A DNA stretch of 64,000 nt. Origin: the human T2T-CHM13v2.0 reference genome, Homo sapiens. The DNA is taken from assembly GCF_009914755.1 (NCBI RefSeq), contig NC_060926.1; one strand, given 5' to 3'. The notes under the pieces are model-generated. The model was not told the DNA's origin, did not search any database, and worked only from the letters and a program-made list of their open reading frames with translations. Position 1 is the stretch's first letter; each line of letters begins with the position of its first letter. Positions 59,299 through 64,000 of this stretch are shown piece by piece. The position numbers and the translations under genes are program-made.

Positions 59299-59984
59299 TT
59301 ACTTAGCATCATGACAGTACCAGGTCACTTTTTGCCCTCTTGAAATATTACTTCCTTATATTTTAAATTTTAACTCCTCAGGGACAGGGACACTCTTATC
59401 TATCTTGTACTCCTAGGTCATTATGGAGTTCCTGGCATATAATAGATATGCAACATATGTTTATTACAATGACAGATAACAGATGCATAATACATGTTTG
59501 TTACAATGAAAGCTTAAAATTGATTGGCCTCCACAAAAGCGAACTTAACAAGTAATTCCGAACAATGGATCCTAGAGGTCTTGAGCTGGTTATAAAATTT
59601 CTGCTTCATAGTTTGCTGAAATCTAATCTGATACCAAAACTATGGTTATGATGAAGAGGGAAAAAAACCCAGACATTTAATAGGTTATTGTTTTGTAACC
59701 AAACAACCAAAGCAGAGTCAGGAGGAAGCACATCTATGGATCAAGTTGATATTATGAATCTTTTTATTTATGACTTGGTGACTAATAGTGCCACTTGGCA
59801 CACATTCATTTATCAAAAGGTTATGGAACACCTCCCACGTTTCAAAGTATTGTGCACACAGTAATTGCACATGTGTAGAGACCAGTATATCTCTGTCCTA
59901 CAATCTCCTACATATAGGATCTGTTATTCTATCTTTCAAAAAATAAGAGTTCATTGGAATTGGGAATACCAGCCTCAGAATTCT

Positions 59985-60150
59985 GGAATTCTCACTACAA
60001 GAGAGCCTAGAGGCCATCTAGTCCAAAACCAATTTTACAGATGAAGAAACCAAGTCTCAGAGAGATTAAATAACTAGTCCAAGGTCATGCAGCTCATTCT
60101 GAGTTTCTGAAAACTGAACCTAGATCTTCCAACACCAAGCCCAGTGCTGC
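59985..60150 (-). mobile_element. MIR/MIR3
   Basis: ttttacagatgaagaaaccaagtctcagagagattaaataactagtccaaggtca. Confidence 0.75.
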
Positions 60151-61060
60151 CCTTTTTCATTGACTTTGTTTGGCAAAAGAGACTGGAAGGCAGGTAGAGC
60201 TTAAGGAAAAGTTAATTTGGAAAGCAGGAGAGCATACACTTGTCATATAAAAGGAACTTAAAGTAGAAGAAAGTGAGTCATACAGATAGAGGAGTTAAAA
60301 ATACGAGTTAGGGCTCTCAACACATCATGTGCACACTGTCATCTTTTCTCATGGAAGGAGAAAAGAAAAGGGAGGAAAGTTGCTTTGCTCTGACCTGTAA
60401 GTAGTATGTGCTGAGAAGTGTGGCAGGCACAAACCCGGGCGCCATAGACACGCGCTCACACCAGCTCTCAGAGCTGGCAGCGTGCCACAGATGGCAGAAG
60501 CTCCGGCACTTCTTACCTGATGGTGCCGGGTGGTGGTGACAACTGAGAAGGGCTGTTTCTAGCTTGAATTGGAGGAAAAACAATTTAAAAAACACACTCT
60601 TAGAATGTGTCTAAGTTATTGACCACTTAGAAAGTTGTACAGGAGGCCCCATAGAAAAATGGAGTTTTATTACTTTATTACTTGGAGAAGAGTTATAAAA
60701 CCAAGGGTGCGGTCCATTGTCAAGTGTTTCATAAATTTATATTAAGGGCCGAAGTTAACAGTAAAAATGTATGGATACTTACAGCCCAGGGCCTCAGTAG
60801 CTGGCTATGGGCTGCCCTTTGTGTCAGCAGTGGGGAGGGTCACATAGAAGCCTCAGATGAGGAGGGTTTTGCTGTGTGCTGCAAGTATCAGGGAGAAAGC
60901 ATTTCTGCCCTCTCTGGAACATGGTGTGAACTTCATCCCTGTAATGATATTGTTTGAATTTTCCATGAAAAATTGTCAGCATGAGAGTAAGAAAAGTGTA
61001 CGATGGGAAAATATTGAACCAAACAGACAAAAATGGTAGAGTCACATGACCAGTTTACTC

Positions 61061-61147
61061 ATTGGTAAAGTTAATGAGAGGGTGAGATTAAACAGAAATT
61101 GGTAAAGTTAATGAGAGGGTGAGATTAAACAGAGGGTGAGATTAAAC
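61061..61147. repeat. 37-bp tandem duplication plus a partial third copy
   Basis: attggtaaagttaatgagagggtgagattaaacaga at 61061 and 61098, then gggtgagattaaac again. Confidence 0.92.
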
Positions 61148-61777
61148 TTGGGAATGAGTTTGTCTGAGGAGTGAGGTGAAGCATCATTCCTCTGATGCAC
61201 AGGGTAAGGGTTTGTCTGTAAAGAGATAGCACAGGTGTCTGGAGAGCAGCGTGCATGGTAACCTGTCCTCCAGGCCAGTGGAGCTGTCTGTCTAACCTGG
61301 CCAAGGTACAGTCTTCATCAAAGGTCAGGATCCAGTCCATGCACAAGGGAGGAGCCATTTGCAGCAGAGCCCAGAAATGCCTCCTGCGACATCTTGTTTG
61401 TGTCATTTACTAGAGTTGGCACTGTCTTAAGATGGGGGCATGGCTGACATTTTCAACTATCATCAGTGAGTCACTTGCCCAAATGAGGACCATGGTATTA
61501 ATCTTGCATGTTTTTGGAACTGTTTAAAAAATGTCTGATTTTTGTTGTTTAGTGTCTGTTTTTGAATTTCCCCTTCTCTGCAGTTCTTGGTTTCTATCTC
61601 ACTGAGTGCAGAGGATTTTAATTGTTGCTGTCTATCTGTGCTTCGCAGCATGAGAGAGCAATGCCTACGGGCTCTTGTGGTGCTTTGGGGTTGACGGGTT
61701 TTATGTCTGAGCAAGCAGATGTCATAGTAGCCATGCTGGATTGCAGTAATAAATGTGTCCTTTTTTTCCTTCTGTAG

Positions 61778-61844
61778 CATTGAAAGCCGAAAAGAGAAGA
61801 AAGCTGACTCAGGGAAAGGTGTTGACAGGGAGACTTGTCTATGA
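61778..61844 (+). CDS. SLC4A10: SLC4A10 terminal exon coding part (IESRKEKKADSGKGVDRETCL*), class I PDZ ligand; coding only when the 39-nt cassette is skipped
   Basis: tttttttccttctgtag acceptor; phase-2 entry; TGA 61842-61844. Confidence 0.95.
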
Positions 61845-63862
61845 CTCGATCTTCAATTTATTTTTTACATATATATGAGAAGAGTGTCACAATTATTAAT
61901 AAAACTGCTTTGATCATGTATTGTAAATTCTGTCCCTCAACCCAAATCCACCTTCATACTGTAAGTAGTGCAATACTTGTTTCATTTCTGTGTTTAAACT
62001 TCTGAGCAGTGAGACATCCCTGTGAGCAGATACAATAGCCAATGCAAGAATCTGTGTGTTCCTTGCTGTACGTTAGACATTTGTAAACTGGATTCTGATT
62101 GTCAGTTTTATGAGAGCAATAGCTTCCTTAAAGAGATAAGTCATATTTACCTAGTTTGTATTTTCCTACTTTAGTGACCTGAAGATGCCTGATAATTTCA
62201 TTCAGAAGAATTTTTGAAAGGTAGTCTTACTTCTTTTTAGTTTTTATAGCTTAGCATTAGTGACTTATTTCAAAAGACCCAAATCAAAAAGTTAGTTTGA
62301 AAGCATTTTTTAATAATTGTATTTATGCATTTCCTTGATTTAATATGATAAATTTAATACTTAACAATTTATATGTAACTAAAACTTAAAGTCATTTGAA
62401 AAATATATAGAAACCTATTTACAACTTGTTAAGGACAATCAGACATAATGCAGAGTTAAGTAGTATTTGCTTAAAATTCAAGTTGTGACTAATGATCAAA
62501 TACTAGGCTTGTACGAAATGCTTTAGAAAAACTTTGTAACAGTTTTGTGGGATTTTTCAATATAAACCTTTATCAGAAATATACTAAGTTTGTCTCCCAC
62601 TGACAACAGATGTTTTCCAAATAAACATATTCTATACATACTTGTGGAATGCCACATGGTGAATCATTGTATATGAAATTCCACTCCTGTACAGTTACTC
62701 TGCAGCTAATGGTCATGCACTGCTTAATGCTGGTCCTGAATCATGTTCTCATGTTAGACCAACAGCTCTCCAATTGTCATTTTTTTTCTGCAGAGTTTTT
62801 TTTTTCCACTTTTAAATTAAATGCATGTTGTGGAAAAACAGTCTTTTAAAATGAAATTTCAGATTCCATTTGAGAAGGTTCTGTAGATATTTCAGTCCAT
62901 ATAAAATAATACATCTTTACTAAACTTATATAAGGGGAGAGAAAGTTATGAAGTTTTGGACATTACTAAAAGTACAGTATTTGATTTCACTTTCAATGAA
63001 TGTGAAGTTAATAAAACTAAATCTCATAATGCTCTTGGTTCCTAAGAATGAGTAGTAATCATCAACTTTATAATACTCCAATATTCCGTTTTATAATAAT
63101 TCAGAGCCCTGTGGCTTTTACACACCGTTAATTATGTACTCTGTTGGAAGTGCACATGAAAAGTGAAGAAAAGTTCCTCTTGTGATTAAACTAATGGGAG
63201 GAAATAAATCAACAAAGTCTCCATTAAGTTCTACATTTTGAGACCTTTTAAAAATTCCCCTCACAATTCTTTAAGGAGCCCCCCTTTTTATGGAACATGA
63301 GCCTAAAAATTATAGAAAGAAGAATTTTAAGTTAATAAAGTTTGTATTTATAAATGCTGAAAAAATACAGAAACTTTCTGTTCCAAATGTGTTGCCTTTG
63401 TGTATTTTATAATACAGATACTACATTGTAAACATTTCCATTGTTTTATGATTTAGCCAGTGATTCCCCAAAGCAGCCTCTTAGTGTTTTAATATATTAA
63501 TAACTGTTTTGTTAAAAATGATCATAGTGAATTTAAATCTTCACATGATCACCTATTTGAATAAGCAATCATATCCAATGAAATTCTGTATTTCTGAGTA
63601 TTTTTATAGTCATTTTGTTCTTGTGTGAATTTTAAAGCTATCCCTATGTTAATCCTAATATTTTGAAATCATATAAAATATAATAAAAATGTAGTATTAT
63701 ATATTTACTTCTAATTTCAGATTCCTGGTCAAAATTACTAAATATCTTGAATGTAATTTAGTGCCAAGTTTAAATAATGTGTAAATGTGACTAGGATATT
63801 GTGTTTTTCACAATTAAGAAATGTTATGTGGAAATAAATATTTATCCTAACTTCCTTGCACA
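61845..63862 (+). other. SLC4A10: SLC4A10 3' UTR (3' end approximate)
   Basis: AU-rich region with no recognisable interspersed repeats after the stop; several AATAAA. Confidence 0.75.
63833..63838 (+). terminator. Probable main polyadenylation signal AATAAA
   Basis: TGTA elements upstream, CA ~22 nt downstream, GU/U-rich tract (gtgtcttgtcttttttctttgtttt) at ~63882-63906. Confidence 0.65.
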
Positions 63863-64000
63863 TTTTAAATTGTGATACAAAGTGTCTTGTCTTTTTTCTT
63901 TGTTTTAATTAGTAAATCAGTGTAAAACATTTTGATTGTTTGAATATAATATTTAAATTTAGACAGCCCCAAAGCTAAGAACTCTTGGTGATGTAAACAA

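Noticed and set aside
61061-61147. 37-bp repeats of CRISPR-like length
   Set aside because: Head-to-tail with no spacers, in a mammalian intron; a simple tandem duplication

Overview
AT-rich, repeat-dense primate (almost certainly human) genomic DNA. It holds the 3' half of SLC4A10 (NCBE/NBCn2, Na+-coupled bicarbonate transporter) on the + strand. I read 12 GT-AG exons with consistent frames from 21392 to the terminal exon at 61778. These include the 39-nt cassette that switches the C-terminus between -SSPS* and the PDZ-ligand -ETCL*, and a ~2 kb 3' UTR. Positions 1-21391 are one long intron. Most entries in the ORF track are L1/Alu/microsatellite artefacts, and several real exons are missing from it. 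I found no evidence of a new multi-gene system. The most unusual structure is an L1PA3-like insertion (3750-7276) combining a 5' inversion, loss of the RT region and an apparently two-tier 3' transduction. A neighbouring L1 carries a ~20-nt micro-inversion. Also notable are a possibly skippable C-terminal exon resembling SLC4A7 cassette III and several candidate regulatory islands. Repeat subfamily names are from memory of consensus sequences, not a RepeatMasker run.
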